From the human T2T-CHM13v2.0 reference genome, Homo sapiens: 64,000 bases of DNA. Of this stretch, positions 42,257 through 60,900 are shown piece after piece. Position numbers and translations under genes: made by a program. Numbering within the stretch: position 1 is the stretch's first letter; each line of letters opens with the position of its first letter. The DNA lies in the NCBI RefSeq assembly GCF_009914755.1, contig NC_060931.1, one strand, 5' to 3'. Below the pieces are notes generated by a model that was given only the letters and a program-made list of their open reading frames with translations, was not told the origin of the DNA and did not search any database.

Positions 42257-44204
42257 CTGTAAAAAGAGATGTTAATTAGCAGCAAAAAGTATCCAGAGAA
42301 CAATAAAAGTATTTCAGTACTGGAAACAATTTCAGTATTGGGAAAAGGTGATAATACTTATAAATCACTACTTTCAACCTTAGATCTTTCATTACTGATA
42401 AACATTATATTCTCCTGATAGCTCCAATTATTTGGAATACATCAGCATTCTATTAACAAATGAGCAAACTGGGAGAAATGCAGCTTCTTATACAAAACAA
42501 TCATTAAAGCAACTGTTTTCTGAGCTATGAAGGTACTGCTCAAAGATAAATTATACTACTAAATGGTTCATAGCCAGTGTCATGATAAAAGTTAAGAAAC
42601 TTCACTCTCCCAGAAGTTTTGTTGTTCAAGCTCTAAATCTGGAGGTTCTGCATTTCAACTTCTCCTTCTGACGCTCACTTACTGGTATCACTTGGCTACA
42701 CTGTGCGCGGAACATGAATGAAACTGTTGAAATGCTAAAGGAATACCACTTCAAACCACAAAGGATTTCCTAAAAGCAGTGACCAAAATATTTCCTTTAA
42801 CATTAGTCTACTCATTCAGGGAAACCCAGTTTTGATTAAAATTGGGGCAACCAAGCAAGGAGTTAAAAAAAATACTCTAAGTTGGCTATATCTGTTGGAG
42901 GTTTAAGTTTTTAAAATTTTTCCTAGCAAACCAAGTACACACTTTAATAGCTATATGGCCATTTGAACTTCAAGGAGAAATTAATAAAACCAGTTATTCA
43001 GTCAGTCAGTATATATGCAAATGGCAATATTCTAAAGCAGAGATCCATTGTCAAAGGTGTCATTTTGTCATCCTTATCACTTCATTTCCTTTTAGGACTC
43101 TCATTCTGTTCCACACTTTCAATATCTGAAGTTCCTTATTAAGGTGAGTATCACCACCACTATCTCCGACCCCCATCCTCCATCACCCCCATCCCCACAG
43201 TCTCTCTCTCTCTCATTCATTCAGAACATATTTGGTCAGCACCTACACCGCAGGCATTGTGCTTGGATAGGGTATAAAAATAAGACAGTTCACTATTCTT
43301 GAGGAGGTCACTGTGGCAGTGGGACAAGAGACACCAATAAATACCTGCAATCTGAATAAAGTACTGATACAGTAGGCGGAGTAAAACGGGAAGAGTCAGG
43401 AAAGATGCAGAGAAATGGCACTGGAGGAGGAGCCTCAAGTGAGGCGCTACAGAGATTGTCTCCAAAAACCTGAGAAACTTCCCCTGAAGTAGAAAACAGG
43501 GGATAAGAATACCAAGTCCAAGTAGTCCAGTCTTAGACCACTCTAGTCACTCACACTTTTAACTTTTGTTTTTAAATGCTCTGTGTTGAAACAGCATAAT
43601 GTTCTATCTACTACAATCAAGAGGGCCTATGTGATGTTTAAGTTACTCTGATGAAAAAAAATCTTTGTGTCCAATATTAATTTTTCATTAAGGAAATTAA
43701 AGATGTTTCAAAGTCTAGATTTAAGAAGCATGTGGTTTATGAAGACATTTTAATAATGGGAAATGTTCATGTCTTGGTATTAAGAGGAGAAAAATTAGGG
43801 TAAAAAACATTCTACATTAACTTTAGAAAAATACTAATACACATGTCCCAGATGCCCCATGAGAGTATTTGTTGCAATATTATTTATAAAAGCCAACAGC
43901 CAAATTCAACCCTGTCAATGGGATAGGGTTGGATAAAGGGGAGTACATCCATCTACCTGAGTCCTATACAGCCAAGGGTAATGAAGTAGATCCATGTGTA
44001 TCAACTTGTATACATCTAAAGCTGAGTTTTGTTTTTTTTTTTTAAGTTGCAGGATGTTATATTTACAGGCTGAGGTTATTTAAATAAACTAAAACAAACA
44101 ACTACCAATTCTCCATGGTAACAAGTATAGGAAAACTGTACTGAACCAACATATACCAAATTTGCAAAAGTAATTGTTTCAGTTAGGGCACAGGGCCAGG
44201 GTCA

Positions 44205-44552
<348 letters not shown>

Positions 44553-44926
44553 GACTTTAACACTATTAATATATTCCTTTTAAAAAGGGACAATGTGCTT
44601 CTATATTATTTGCTCTGTTTAAAACATATGCACATAAATAAGAAACTGAAAGTAAGTACAAATGTTAACAGTGTAGAATTCTTAGTGGTGGTAGTATTTT
44701 CTCCGCTGCACTTTTCAAATCTCATCACCACCTCACCACACCTGAACCAGAACTAGGATCACAGCAATGGGAAAAGGCTAGAAGAAAACAGGTGTGGATG
44801 GTTGTCATGTTTGCAAGATTCTCCCATTATTTCTACTTGCACTTTTGGCTCTCTGACATTTCTACAATGTGTAATTTTAATAGTTGAGCTTAAAAAAACT
44901 CCTAAATAAAAAGTTATCATAGTATC

Positions 44927-45260
<334 letters not shown>

Positions 45261-47125
45261 TTAACTAGTGCTGAACTATTTTAAGAAAAAGCCAGTAAAA
45301 CCAACCATTTTATTTGAAATCTCGTATCTTAACACTCTTGTTCAAATAATACAAATTCATTACCCTCCCCCTAAAATCAGAGGAACCTCAGGTTATAAGG
45401 TACGTGGTCCTCAAGATCAGTTATATATAGGAGTATGCTGCTATCACTACTGCAGGGAAGCTTTCTGATGAGTGGGGAACAATGCTGAGCCACTATGTGG
45501 TTTAATGCAAGAGAATGGTCCTACTATATGAAAAATATTGCCTGAAGCTACTATTAAGAATTAAAAATACGTTCTTGATACTTAAAATCCTGCCTCTGTG
45601 AGAACTCTCAAAACTAACACCTAATGAAGCAACGTCTATGGCAAAGGTTCCCAATGCTGGCTACAGATGAGAAGCACTGGGAAGTTTTCATTTAAACTAA
45701 AACCAATACTCAAAGACACAGGACTTAAGGGGAAATACCTGTAAGGAGAGGTCTTTAGAAAAAATAAGTCCTACATTAGAAGGTCACCAGCATTATGGAG
45801 AAAAACACAGCAAAGGAGGAAAACAGAAATGGAAAGGTTGGGGCGGGGTGGCAATTTTAAATGAGATGGTCAGGAAGGGACTTCCTGAGAAAGTGACTTG
45901 CTTTGAAGGAGGTGAAAGAGGAGCCACCTGGTACCAAGAGGAGAGGAGAAGGTCACTATAGAGGGAACAGCCAAGTGCAAAGCACATTAGCAGCTTGCCT
46001 GATGCTCTGAAGTTTTTTCCTGAAACTGAAGGGATTTGAAAAAGGGGCAGAAAATGAGAAGTGATGTCACAGAGGTGATCAGCATTTGGGGCCCTTTTAA
46101 GGACACTGGCTTTTATTCAAGGGAGATGGGGGGGCCACTGAGACTAGTGCCTGAACAGTGACATATTCACATACTTGGCTTAACAAATGGCTTGTGTCCT
46201 AAAATAGGCTAGTTGGGGAACAGCTCAATCAGCTCACAGCACCTGAGTGCTGGGGAATGGCAGATCTCAAGCAAAACAAAATGGGAATCCTACAGGGCAT
46301 TATGCTTCAACGATCTGAGGCCACGGGGCATTTAAAGGTGTTAAGTCAAGCAAATAACTATGGTAAGCTTTAAATGTTTATCAAAACGTCTCTGAAAGAC
46401 TAAGGTGCCTCCCTCATTGGACATGACCTGGAGAGCACACTTGGAATTAACAGTGTCTATACAGTTTTCAATTAAATCTAGATTTGGCTTAGTTGAGTAC
46501 AGGAATAAATAACAGAACCAAAAAGGACTTGGTAAACATACGCTTTAGTAATAAATGGTTTGGAGCTCAGTCTCCAGTGCCCCTGCTAAGTACAGAACAC
46601 CATCTGAGCACTAGTACAGAGGGCAGAATCACACCACAAAGCAAAGTACTAAACAGGGACATGGGTTCTAGCCTCAACTAATCAACTGCAGGCCCTGGGC
46701 AAGTCACTTCACCTTGTGGGGTCTGTTTCTTTACCTACGAAGACAAATAGTTGAACTATATGATCTCCCAAATCTCCACTCTTACTCTATTTCTGAAGGC
46801 CCTATCAGCTCTAAAAATCTAGCATTTAATAACAATGGCAAGCACTCTGAGAACAGAGGAATTATGGGGAAATATCCAAGAGTTAAGTCCTTAAAGGAAA
46901 TTAATTCTGTAAGGCAGCATTTTTAGGTACAGAAATTTTCTAGAGAATACAAAACCACCAACATGATAAAATACCATAAAGAGCCACAAAACAAACCCTC
47001 TGACTCTTCTAAAGTAGGCAGAAACAGTTTATAACCTTGCCTTTGAGGGATGAACACAACCAGACCAACTCTATCAAGAAACTTTCTACTTTCTAAACTA
47101 AAATGATCTCTTCCAATACTAGGTG

Positions 47126-47427
47126 TTTTTTTTTTTCTGTTTTTTTTTTTTTTTTTTTGAGATAAGGTCACTTCGTCACCCAGGCAGGAGTGTGGTGGTG
47201 CAGCACCTTGCTCACTGCAACCTCCGCCTCCTGGGTTCAAGAGATTCTCCTGCCTCAGCCTCCCAAGTAGCTGGGATTACCACAACCAGCTAATTTTTGT
47301 ATTTTTTCGTAGAGATAGGGTTTCACCATGTTGGCCAGGCTGGTCTTGAACTCCTGACCTCAAGTGATCCACCCACCTCAGCCTCCAAAAGTGTGCGGAA
47401 TTACAGGCGTGAGCCACTGCACCTGGC
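47126..47427 (-). mobile_element. AluS
   Basis: Alu consensus. Confidence 0.88.
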
Positions 47428-47872
47428 CCTCAGGCTTAATTGTTAGAAAAATATCCAAAGCAAATACATGGAAAAAAGCATATCTCCTTGACATTTGTTC
47501 TTAGACAAGCTGTGGGCAGTGTTTCTGGCAAAGCCATTTACATTCTGGATAATGATGCCAACAATGGAACTCCTGGACAAGGAGGGGGGAGACAGAGAAA
47601 GAACGGGCCAGAAATTCGGAAAAGGAATGTTCTCAGGACTGTGTTGAGTTGGCCCTGGCATGTTCTCCTTCCTTTTGGCAATGCTATCATCACATTAATG
47701 AATATGTCTGCAACAAGGGAATTTTCCCAACACTTGTTTCCATTAGACCAGGAACTATTTTCAAGATATTTTAAGAGAACATATTTTGAAAACTGCTTTT
47801 ATGGCAACACAAGTAGAAGTAGCAGGTTATTTTTAATCTTCATGATTTAAGATTTTATTCACTACCAGGCAT

Positions 47873-48188
<316 letters not shown>

Positions 48189-49957
48189 ACTACCAGACAT
48201 TTTCTAACAACATATTTCAGTGATTTGACCAGATTAAAATCAGAACTCCTTAAGTTTTTTGGACAGTTATTCTCTGGCGTAGTTCTAGCACTTGTTAAAG
48301 GGGATGGGGAGGATCGTACAACAGGAATAAATGTCCAGCTAAAATGCTTACCCTTCTCTGTCCTGCATCTTTTAGCAGAAGGGAATTAGGTAATTTATAA
48401 TTCTGGAGAAGGAATCCAAATCACACTTAATGTAAAACTATTATTATATATCTTAAAAAATAAAAAGTACAGATTACAACAGAAAAATATGCCTTGCTTT
48501 TGCTTGTTCCACTCCAATACTCAACTGCTCTAGAATAACAAATCTCATGACCCATAGGCTAATAGGCAGTGAAAATAAATAACATTGTGCTAAGTCATGC
48601 TGAAAAACTGGTTTTTATTTCAGCCTCTGTGTCCAGTTCCAGGAAGGGGTCTATACAGAGTTGCACACACTTCTGAGTAACTTCTGACATTGGGGTCAAT
48701 ATGTAAATAAATGAGGCCAAGCTTCACCTATTTTTCCATCTTTGTTCCCTTTATTTGAGAGGATATTAATGATCAAATTTGTGGGTAGATGAAATACTTT
48801 GGGCCAATCACCAGAAATTTCACCTGTCAGAATTATCTTGACAAAAGGAGAGGTTAGACAAACGACTTGTGAATCAAGGTAAATCCACCCTACGGTAAAC
48901 GGGTGAAGATCACCAAAGGCCAAAACAGCAGCTACATCCCAGGGATAAAATAAGCCTAGGCTAAGGTGGTTCAGACAGCTGTGGCTGATGCAATTGCATT
49001 ATAAGCTTATGAATTCCTGTGAGAAAACAGTTAAGTGAATACATTAAGTCATTCTGATCGTCTATCTTCAGAACAACTGCCCACATAAAGTAGACTGTTC
49101 ACAACCAAACTGATTAATTCTATTTTTTCAGTAGGTATAATTGTTTAAAATATTCTTATTAAAGACTGAATCTCATCTTCCCTTGCAGTATCTCAGACTA
49201 TAAATTATTTAAGGGTAATAACTTGGATCTCTGTTCCTAGCACACAGGGTGACCAGAGTAGGGGTGTTCCAATTGAGTAAGGGCGGGGGGGTGCTGCCAG
49301 CTCCACTAGTGACAGACATTGGCCAGCTGTGTGCAGGAGTCCACAATCTGATAGATTTTCATCTAACCTCAGACAGCCAGGCCCCACCTGAGGCAGCCTG
49401 TGCCCGGGTAGAAATCTCTTCAGAAATCTGAGCCTTTCCTACTCAGGAGAGATGGACCTGGGCCTGTCTCTTCTTGGGTGAGGAACCAGGCAAGGAGCTC
49501 ACTCTCAATGCCCTGTGTCATGGGAACTTCTGAACTGATCCTGTGTGTGTTCAGGAGATCTAAACTCAACAAGGGGTCCTCTTTTCTGTTTCTTCCTTTC
49601 TCTCTGGTAATATAGAGTCTGAGGAATGGGCTAGATGGATAAGAAAAGGTCATTTATAACTAAGAAAAGGTGAAGTGTTATCCTTCAATAGCATAACCCT
49701 TCTACCAACCTAGTGGATTATCAAAACCTCTGGCCTACTTTCCTTTGGTTTCATTTTTGGGAGACTAACTTCTGTTTTGTTTTCATAGTTTATCTTTCGA
49801 TCGCTGGGTCGTTCATATAACCACACTGTTGGGTTCAGGCAGTACTTATTTTCATGGTCAGAGACAATACAGTACAGAATACATTGGACTTGAACTCACA
49901 AGACCCAACTACAATTCTCTACCACTCTTAGAGTTGTAGTTAAAAGATCAGGCTCCA

Positions 49958-50085
49958 AAAGATAAATGTTTGAGGTGACAGATATCCCAATTACCCTGTT
50001 TTGATCATTACGTATTGCATATATGTACCAAAATAGCACATGTACCCCAAAAATGTGTGTAACTGATGTAACAATACATTTTTTA
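49958..50085 (+). mobile_element. Short L1MA-type 3' end fragment inserted in a MIR
   Basis: gataaatgtttgaggtga-agatatccc...catgtacccc; degenerate TSD aaaaga(t)caggctcca / aaaaggaccaggctcca. Confidence 0.7.
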
Positions 50086-50574
50086 AAAAGGACCAGGCTC
50101 CAGTCAGAATGCCTAAATGCCACTGTGTGAGCCTCTGGGGCAATCTACTTCATCTCTTTGCCTTTCTGTTCCCTTATTCCTAAAACTAGGTTAAATAATG
50201 GAATCTACACATCATTAATCGTGAAGATTAAATGAGTTAATATATGTAAAGCATTTGAACAGTAACTGGCATACAGTAAGCATGCAGTAATGTTAGAATT
50301 AGCTTAATAAGTTAAATGAACAAGTAATTTCATCTTACTGTCTTCATCCTAAAACTGATTAATATTTACCCTATGTGTCCATCTCTTAATGCTCTTACAA
50401 GTGTGAAGAACATGAGAGGATATTATGATTTACATATGTTTCCCATAACTCTGTCACACTAGAAATGGAAAATACAATTATAATTTTTATTTTTAATATT
50501 TATTATTTGTGTGACACAGCCCCAGGAGGTCCTGAGAACATGTGCCCCATATTTATTATTAAGAAGACCATCCT

Positions 50575-51051
50575 ACACATGCACACGTATGTTTATTGCG
50601 GCACTATTCACAATAGCAAAGACTTGGAACCAACCCAAATGTCCAACAATGATAGACTGGATTAAGAAAATGTGGCACATATACACCATGGAATACTATG
50701 CAGCCATAAAAAATGATGAGTTCATATCCTTTGTAGGGACATGGATGAAATTGGAAACCATCATTCTCAGTAAACTATCGCAAGAACAAAAAACCAAACA
50801 CCGCATATTCTCACTCATAGGTGGGAATTGAACAATGAGATCACATGGACACAGGAAGGGGAATATCACACTCTGGGGACTGTGGTGGGGTCGGGGGAGG
50901 GGGGAGGGATAGCATTGGGAGATATACCTAATGCTAGATGACACATTAGTGGGTGCAGCGCACCAGCATGGCACATGTATACATATGTAACTAACCTGCA
51001 CAATGTGCACATGTACCCTAAAACTTAGAGTATAATAAAAAAAAAAAAAAA
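50575..51051 (+). mobile_element. 5'-truncated L1HS Ta-subfamily insertion (ORF2 C-terminus, 3'UTR, poly(A))
   Basis: ORF2 end ...HRIFSLIGGN*; Ta diagnostics ACA (50943-50945) and G (51028); perfect 14-bp TSD aagaagaccatcct at 50561 and 51052; TT/AAGA endonuclease site. Confidence 0.95.
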
Positions 51052-51630
51052 AAGAAGACCATCCTTTCTTGATGTGCAAGCAAAAATTAGATTAAAAAAA
51101 AAAACATCCTGACTGCATTTGGTATAGTTAAAAAACAAGCACACACACACTAAACTGGAAGCCAGAAGATGGACTCTGCAACTAGTGCGTAGTCATACAT
51201 CTCAGCCTCATTTTTTTCCATCCTTAAAATCAGGCAAATTGGATGTCATAATCTCTAAACTTCCACTAACAACACAGTTTTCACCAACACCAGGAATATA
51301 AGCAAATCTCAAACTGTGAACAGGTTTCTAAAAAGAACTAAGACATTGCTTTTGTTGTTTTCAAAAGAATTTCAGTTTAAAGAAAAAGGAAGCCAAAAAT
51401 ACTTGTTTTCATTATGACACCAAATCCTAAAGGGAAAGAAATAGATTTAATGCCAAAAAGATGTCAGAATAACCAGCTCAAAAGCTAGAGGTCACCCAAT
51501 ACAGACTAGGAACTAACCTAGGCAGCAAGTGTGATGGAAGTTTTAAATAGCAAATGAAAAGATTATATAATAATGAGCTGTCAAAGGCAGAATTAAAACT
51601 GGCATAAGTCAACTTCAAGAAAGAAATGGA

Positions 51631-51920
<290 letters not shown>

Positions 51921-52138
51921 AAGAAAGAAATGGACAAGTCCTCTGATAGTAACAAGCACATGCAAAAGCAGGGTTATCCTTAGAGGTGGCAGCCTGGGGA
52001 ATGGGGTGGGAAAGCTAACTGTACTATTTTTACTCTGGCTAATAACAAGATGAAGGTAAATGAATTTAGACATTACAGCCTGCTCACAGCAGGTTTCACA
52101 TTAAAAGGGCCCATTTGACCACTGGCTTCTCTCACTGA

Positions 52139-52553
<415 letters not shown>

Positions 52554-52559
52554 TAAGCT

Positions 52560-54540
<1,981 letters not shown>

Positions 54541-54740
54541 AAGGATGATGTAGGCCACAGCCAAAGCCTCAGCTGCCAGATATAATTTTTGAAAAATGTT
54601 ATTTTCAGAACACCAGTAAAAGAGCTTTTAACAATGGCTTATATTCTCATAGCATTATCTCTATTTATTTTTTTACAAAACCTTCCTTACTTACTAGAAC
54701 CTTGTTTCTCTCTACTGGAATTCAAAAGATACTTATCATT

Positions 54741-55053
<313 letters not shown>

Positions 55054-55171
55054 TCACTACAGAGTAGCCATTATGTAACTGTTTGGGACAGGACTAAAGT
55101 CATAACCACGGTTATTAGAGAAGTACATAGGTGATCTGAATGGAATTTTGCCTCCCCAGCCCCAAAATTCA

Positions 55172-55470
<299 letters not shown>

Positions 55471-55875
55471 ACAGAATTCATTTTATTTGTGAAAATACAG
55501 TGGTACAAGTAGGCCTTTGTTAAATGACTAACCTGAAACCTCTTGTGAATGACAAACTCCTCTCTACTCCAAATACTGGCCCATCCCTGCTTAAATACTG
55601 CTCAATGAAGTTACTCATGCTAGTTCTTGAGGGAGTAACTCTAGAATGATTCCATCTAGGAAGACATAAGATAAAATGGTAAGTATTCTAAGTTCTATAG
55701 GTAGTTTAGTCATGCCATATTATAAACCTCCACTCCAAAAATAGTGTGAGGTCATTTCTGGCCAGAGTGAAATAAAAAATGTATAATGCCTGAACAGTCT
55801 ATTATTCTGACAATGAAAAAGATTAATGCAGTTCCCTTTATCACTTGCATGAGTAAAAAAATATATATATATATT

Positions 55876-56184
55876 GGCTGGGCGCGGTGGCTCACGCCTG
55901 TAATCTCAGCACTGTGGGAGGCCAAGGTGGGTGGATCACCTGAGGTCAGGCATTTAAGACCAGCCTGGCCAACATGGTGAAACCCCGTCTCTACTAAAAA
56001 ACACAAAAATTAGCAGGGCATGATGGAGCATGCCTGTAATCCCAGCTACTCAGGAGGCTGAGGCAGGAGAATTGCTTGAACCCGGGAGGCAGAGGTTGCA
56101 GTTAGCTGCAATGGTGCTGCCACTGCACTCTGGCCTAGGTGACAGAGCAACACTCCGTCTCAAAAAAAAAAAAAAAAAAAAAAA
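55876..56184 (+). mobile_element. AluS
   Basis: Full dimer. Confidence 0.9.
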
Positions 56185-56332
56185 GAATTATGGCACACTG
56201 GTTATCAGAGTATATGCCAGACTGGGAGATTTAAGAGGAACTCTGACAGGCTGTCCAGTCTAGTGGAACAGGGCAACCTAAACCATCCTGATAGTTTGAC
56301 CCAATTTTAAAGGCCATTAATATAGCTCAGAG

Positions 56333-56630
56333 TTTTTTTTTTTTTTTTGAGACAAGAGTCTCGCTCTGTTGCCCAGGCTGGAGTGCCGTGGCGCGATCTT
56401 GGCTCATGCAAGCTCCGCCTCCCGGGTTCACGCCATTCTCCTGCCTTAGCCTCCCAAGTAGCTGGGAATACAGGCGCCCGCCACCATGCCCAGCTAATTT
56501 TTTGTATTTTTTAGTAGAGACAGCATTTCACTGTGTTAGCCAGGATGGTCTCGATCTCCTGACCTCGTGATCCACCCGCCTCAGCCTCCCAAAGTGCTGG
56601 GATTACAGGCATGAGCCACCACGCCCAGCC
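56333..56630 (-). mobile_element. AluY
   Basis: AluY diagnostics; TSD agctcagagt. Confidence 0.9.
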
Positions 56631-56735
56631 AGCTCAGAGTATTTTAACTATTGTATTGCCCATGACTTTTTCATTTTGTCTCCATTTACTCAAATGGGTT
56701 TGGCAAGTTCTTGCTTCATGCCACTAACATCAAAT

Positions 56736-57050
<315 letters not shown>

Positions 57051-57604
57051 TCACATCAAGTTCTATGGCAGCACGAGCTTGCTGGTTTTGTACCTGACCA
57101 TTCTACCAACATTCAGCAAACCATTCAGCAGTCCCTCCAGAATCCTGTTCTCAACCATTTCTCTTACCTTCCCAGCTTTGGTATCATCAAATTGCAACCC
57201 AGAGGCAATGCATACAGCCTGCTCCTAGTAGAGGGTCCTCCTCACTGAAAATATGTAGATATAGATCGGTAGCATTTCACAAATTGGTTTCTAAACTTGT
57301 TACCTGTACCTTATAACACAGTTTTCTAATTTTTAAGAAGTATAAATGATGACAGGGTTCCTAGGCTGCTCTTAAAGTTATTTACAAAAGATTCTAAAAT
57401 ATTCTATAGTTCTATCTGAAATTAGGATACAATTCTGTTAATAGTAGCCAATAATCATTTAAATGTAAGATAAAATGACGTCTTAATTTTATCTGGAATG
57501 CTAGTGTTTAAGTAAAGTAGATATGATATGAAGGAGAATATAATAGATCCAGAAGAGAACTTCTGGATGTTGCAAGATCTTTAGTGGCTATAAGCCCTGA
57601 ATTT

Positions 57605-57921
57605 AATTTTTTTTATATATATAATTTTTTTTTTTTTTTTGAGACAGAGTCTCGCTCTGTTGCCCAGGCTGGAGTGCAGTGGCGCGATCTTGGCTCCCTG
57701 CAGGCTACGCCTCCTAGGTTCACGCCATTCTCCTGCCTCAGCCTCCTGAGTAGCTGGGACTACAGGTGCCCGCCACCACGCCCAGCTAATTTTTTGTATT
57801 TTTAGTAGAGACGGGGTTTCACTGTGTTAGCCAGGATGGTCTCAATCTCCTGAGGTCATGATCCACCCGCCTCGGCCTCCCAAAGTGTTGGGATTACAGG
57901 CGTGAGCCACCACACCCGGCC
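57605..57921 (-). mobile_element. AluY
   Basis: ttcacgccattctc, gttagccaggatgg. Confidence 0.9.
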
Positions 57922-60900
57922 CTGTATCTTTTATTAGAAGACTTTTATATTTTTTTTCCCTTGGCTTAGGCTTATCAAAAGTATCCCCATTATGATTATT
58001 AGCTCTAAAGAGGGGCATTTTTCAGTTCATATGAAGAGAAAAATGCAACAACGGAAGGGGCAAGTGGAAGAGTCAGGCAGAAAAGAAAAAGGTGAGAAGT
58101 ACTTGAGGTAACCACCCAAGAGAAGAGAAAAAGGGGGAAGAAAGAAGTGAAGAAAGTTGCGCGTAAAGACAGTATCTGAGATGGACTAAACTCTAAACTC
58201 TAAGCAGAAAACAAAGGAAGGAAAACAGTGTGTGCACTTATACACACACATAATTAAAATTTAAAGGAAAAAAGAAGGGAGGCTGCTGGGAAACACGTGG
58301 GTTAGGCAGGTCCTGAGCAAGCTACCACAGGGAATTCTGGCCAAGCCTGATGGCTTTCTAGAGCAAAAGACAGCAAAGTGTAGACTCAGACAATGATACA
58401 GACAGGACAGTCAAAAGACATACATTTGCAATATGATTAAAAATATTTACTTTTATAATAAAAGCAAACATTGTAGACTATTTGGAAATTACAGAAAAGT
58501 ATGTTTTTAGTCTCCTTTAACTGAACAGCTATGGATAACATCAATAGTTTGGCATTCAAATGTGAAATGTATAGGAAAAAATTAGAGTTGTACTATATAA
58601 AAAACATTTTCCTGTGTGTCCCTTCAAAGAGGTGTTAAAACATGACTAATGGGTAAAACATTTTATCCACTAAGATGCACTATCACTTAGCTACTTTATC
58701 ACCGACTGGGTCATTTAGGTTGCTTCTGACTTTTAAGTATTATAACACTAAAATTTACGTATTCTTTTGACAGTGCACATTTCTAAATATTTCTTTAGAT
58801 AATTTTTAACTTTTTAAATAAAATTATTTGAAGGATATAAAATATTTACCAAGCAATACATAGTGGTAGACTGGCTGTATCATAATACCTTTTCCAACAC
58901 TGTTTTATCTGCCAGTTTGACAAATCATATACTGTACTTTCGTTTTAATCTGCATTCTTTTGGATTAGACATAAAACCATTTTGTATCCTCTGCTTATTT
59001 TTTTTTATTAAAAATTACTCTGTATTACCCTCTTCTATGAGATCATTCATCTTTATTTCACCCACACTGTAACTGCAAGTCTGTTTGGTGAAAGCTTTCA
59101 CTTAACAGCTGAGCACAAGTATCAAAGGCTAAAAACTGTGAACCTCGAGAAGTGTGAGCTATGGCAGTCTCTGCAGCAATTTCTTTGCATAAAACAAAAT
59201 CTTCATGAACTGGGGATTACTTGGGGTTCTGAATGAGTATCTCTAAAGTCTTCATGCACACCTCAACAACTCTGAAGCTTTTGTGAAGACAATCTCTCTT
59301 GTAGAAACTTATGTCTTCCTTACGCTCTCTCTTCTAAATTGAGGTGCTGACTCACACCTCTCCTAAAAAACAATGGAACCATGCCATTAAGTACACGTAG
59401 TATTTTATTTACATTCTTCTTCTCTCCTAACCAGTAAAGATCTTCTGTAGCCTTCGTCATGTCCAGCAGGATGCCAGGTACCCCGAGTTTTAATACACTG
59501 GTCATATCAAACATGCAGAATCTGTTTAATTCTAGTATCTCATTTTCTAGCAGAGAAAACAATGGGTCAGCTGCATATCTCTCTCATGGTCAAGGAGAAC
59601 CAGGGCCAGAACTTCTCTACCCTGATAACCAGTCCACTGACCAATCACACTCTCCTAACTCCTACACAGTAACACCCAGCAGTATTGCTAAGCACTCTAG
59701 GAACTAATGTTTCTGAATGAAAAATATGAAAGTCTGAATTTTCAAGTAAATCAGAAAAAGATTCAAATATGATTCATCTCAAAGCAGTCTCTCTGGAAAA
59801 TTATGCAAATATTCAGCGATGTTATAGTTGATTAAAGGAGTTTTATATCTTTTACTCTTTTCAAAGTGCCTAGAGGGCCGGTTTTATACCCCAATTGATA
59901 TTACTCGTTTTTCCATTCATCTTATTCTTTGGGCTTAAATGACTGTTAGCCATTTCAAAAATTCACATCCAGCTTCAAAGCATCAAGATTTGCCATCATT
60001 TATGATACTGAAACAGAAGTAAAATTCCAAAAAAAAGAGCTCAAAGTGTTTGAAACAATAATGGCATCATAAGAATAAGTTCATAACCTCCCAAGGTGTC
60101 TACCTATATTCCTTTTCTTTCCAAAAAGTAGCTATGCCACTATTTCGAATACCCACTCATTTATAGATGCAAATTGTTTTAAAGGGACATCTCATGCAAT
60201 CATGTAACTACTGACAGCCCTCTAAAACTATATTTGGAGAGTGTCCCAAAGATGAGCATATCACATTATACTGAATATATATATTTAAATATTCAGAGAG
60301 AAATGTCTTAAAGAGCATATTCCAGAATGTAAATAATGACACCCTTTAAGGGATAAGATTATGAGACATTTTGATTTTTCTTTACTTTGGCTTACAGATT
60401 TTCTTACATTGCTCTAATGGATATGGGTCATTTATACAATTAAAATACACATCCATACACAAACACACAAAATAGAACAAAGTACATAGACACTGCAAAA
60501 TTCCAAGAGCCAAGCATTAAAGATGTTTGATCTAAATTTGCACAGCTGATTGTTTAACAGCTCAAAATTTGGCTCAGGAAGAACACTACACCTACCCAGA
60601 TACAACAGGGGCAAGATTTAAAAAGAATGTTGAGATTGGGTTGATCTTACCTCCTCGCCCTTCTGTATAATTTTACAACTATCTACACAACTCAAAAAGG
60701 AATCCTTGCCTTTTCTAAGTGAGCCACAACCTTTCTGAATGCTTAAAGCACATCTCAACAGTAATTACACTGTTGATGACCTGAAAATGGGTCACCCCGC
60801 ACAACTGATTGAAACTCTCTTATGCAACCTTCCTCTAGAGGAAACAAGAACAGCTTGTACAAATATTTCAGCTAAATCTACTTTCCAAACAGAAGATGAT

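Noticed and set aside
50575-50600. Ta-0 vs Ta-1 subtyping of the L1HS
   Set aside because: As I recall the consensus, the diagnostic bases lie just 5' of the truncation point, so it cannot be called
50511-50831. 106-aa ORF ending in the L1 ORF2p C-terminus
   Set aside because: Chance fusion of flank to a 5'-truncated L1; no promoter and not autonomous
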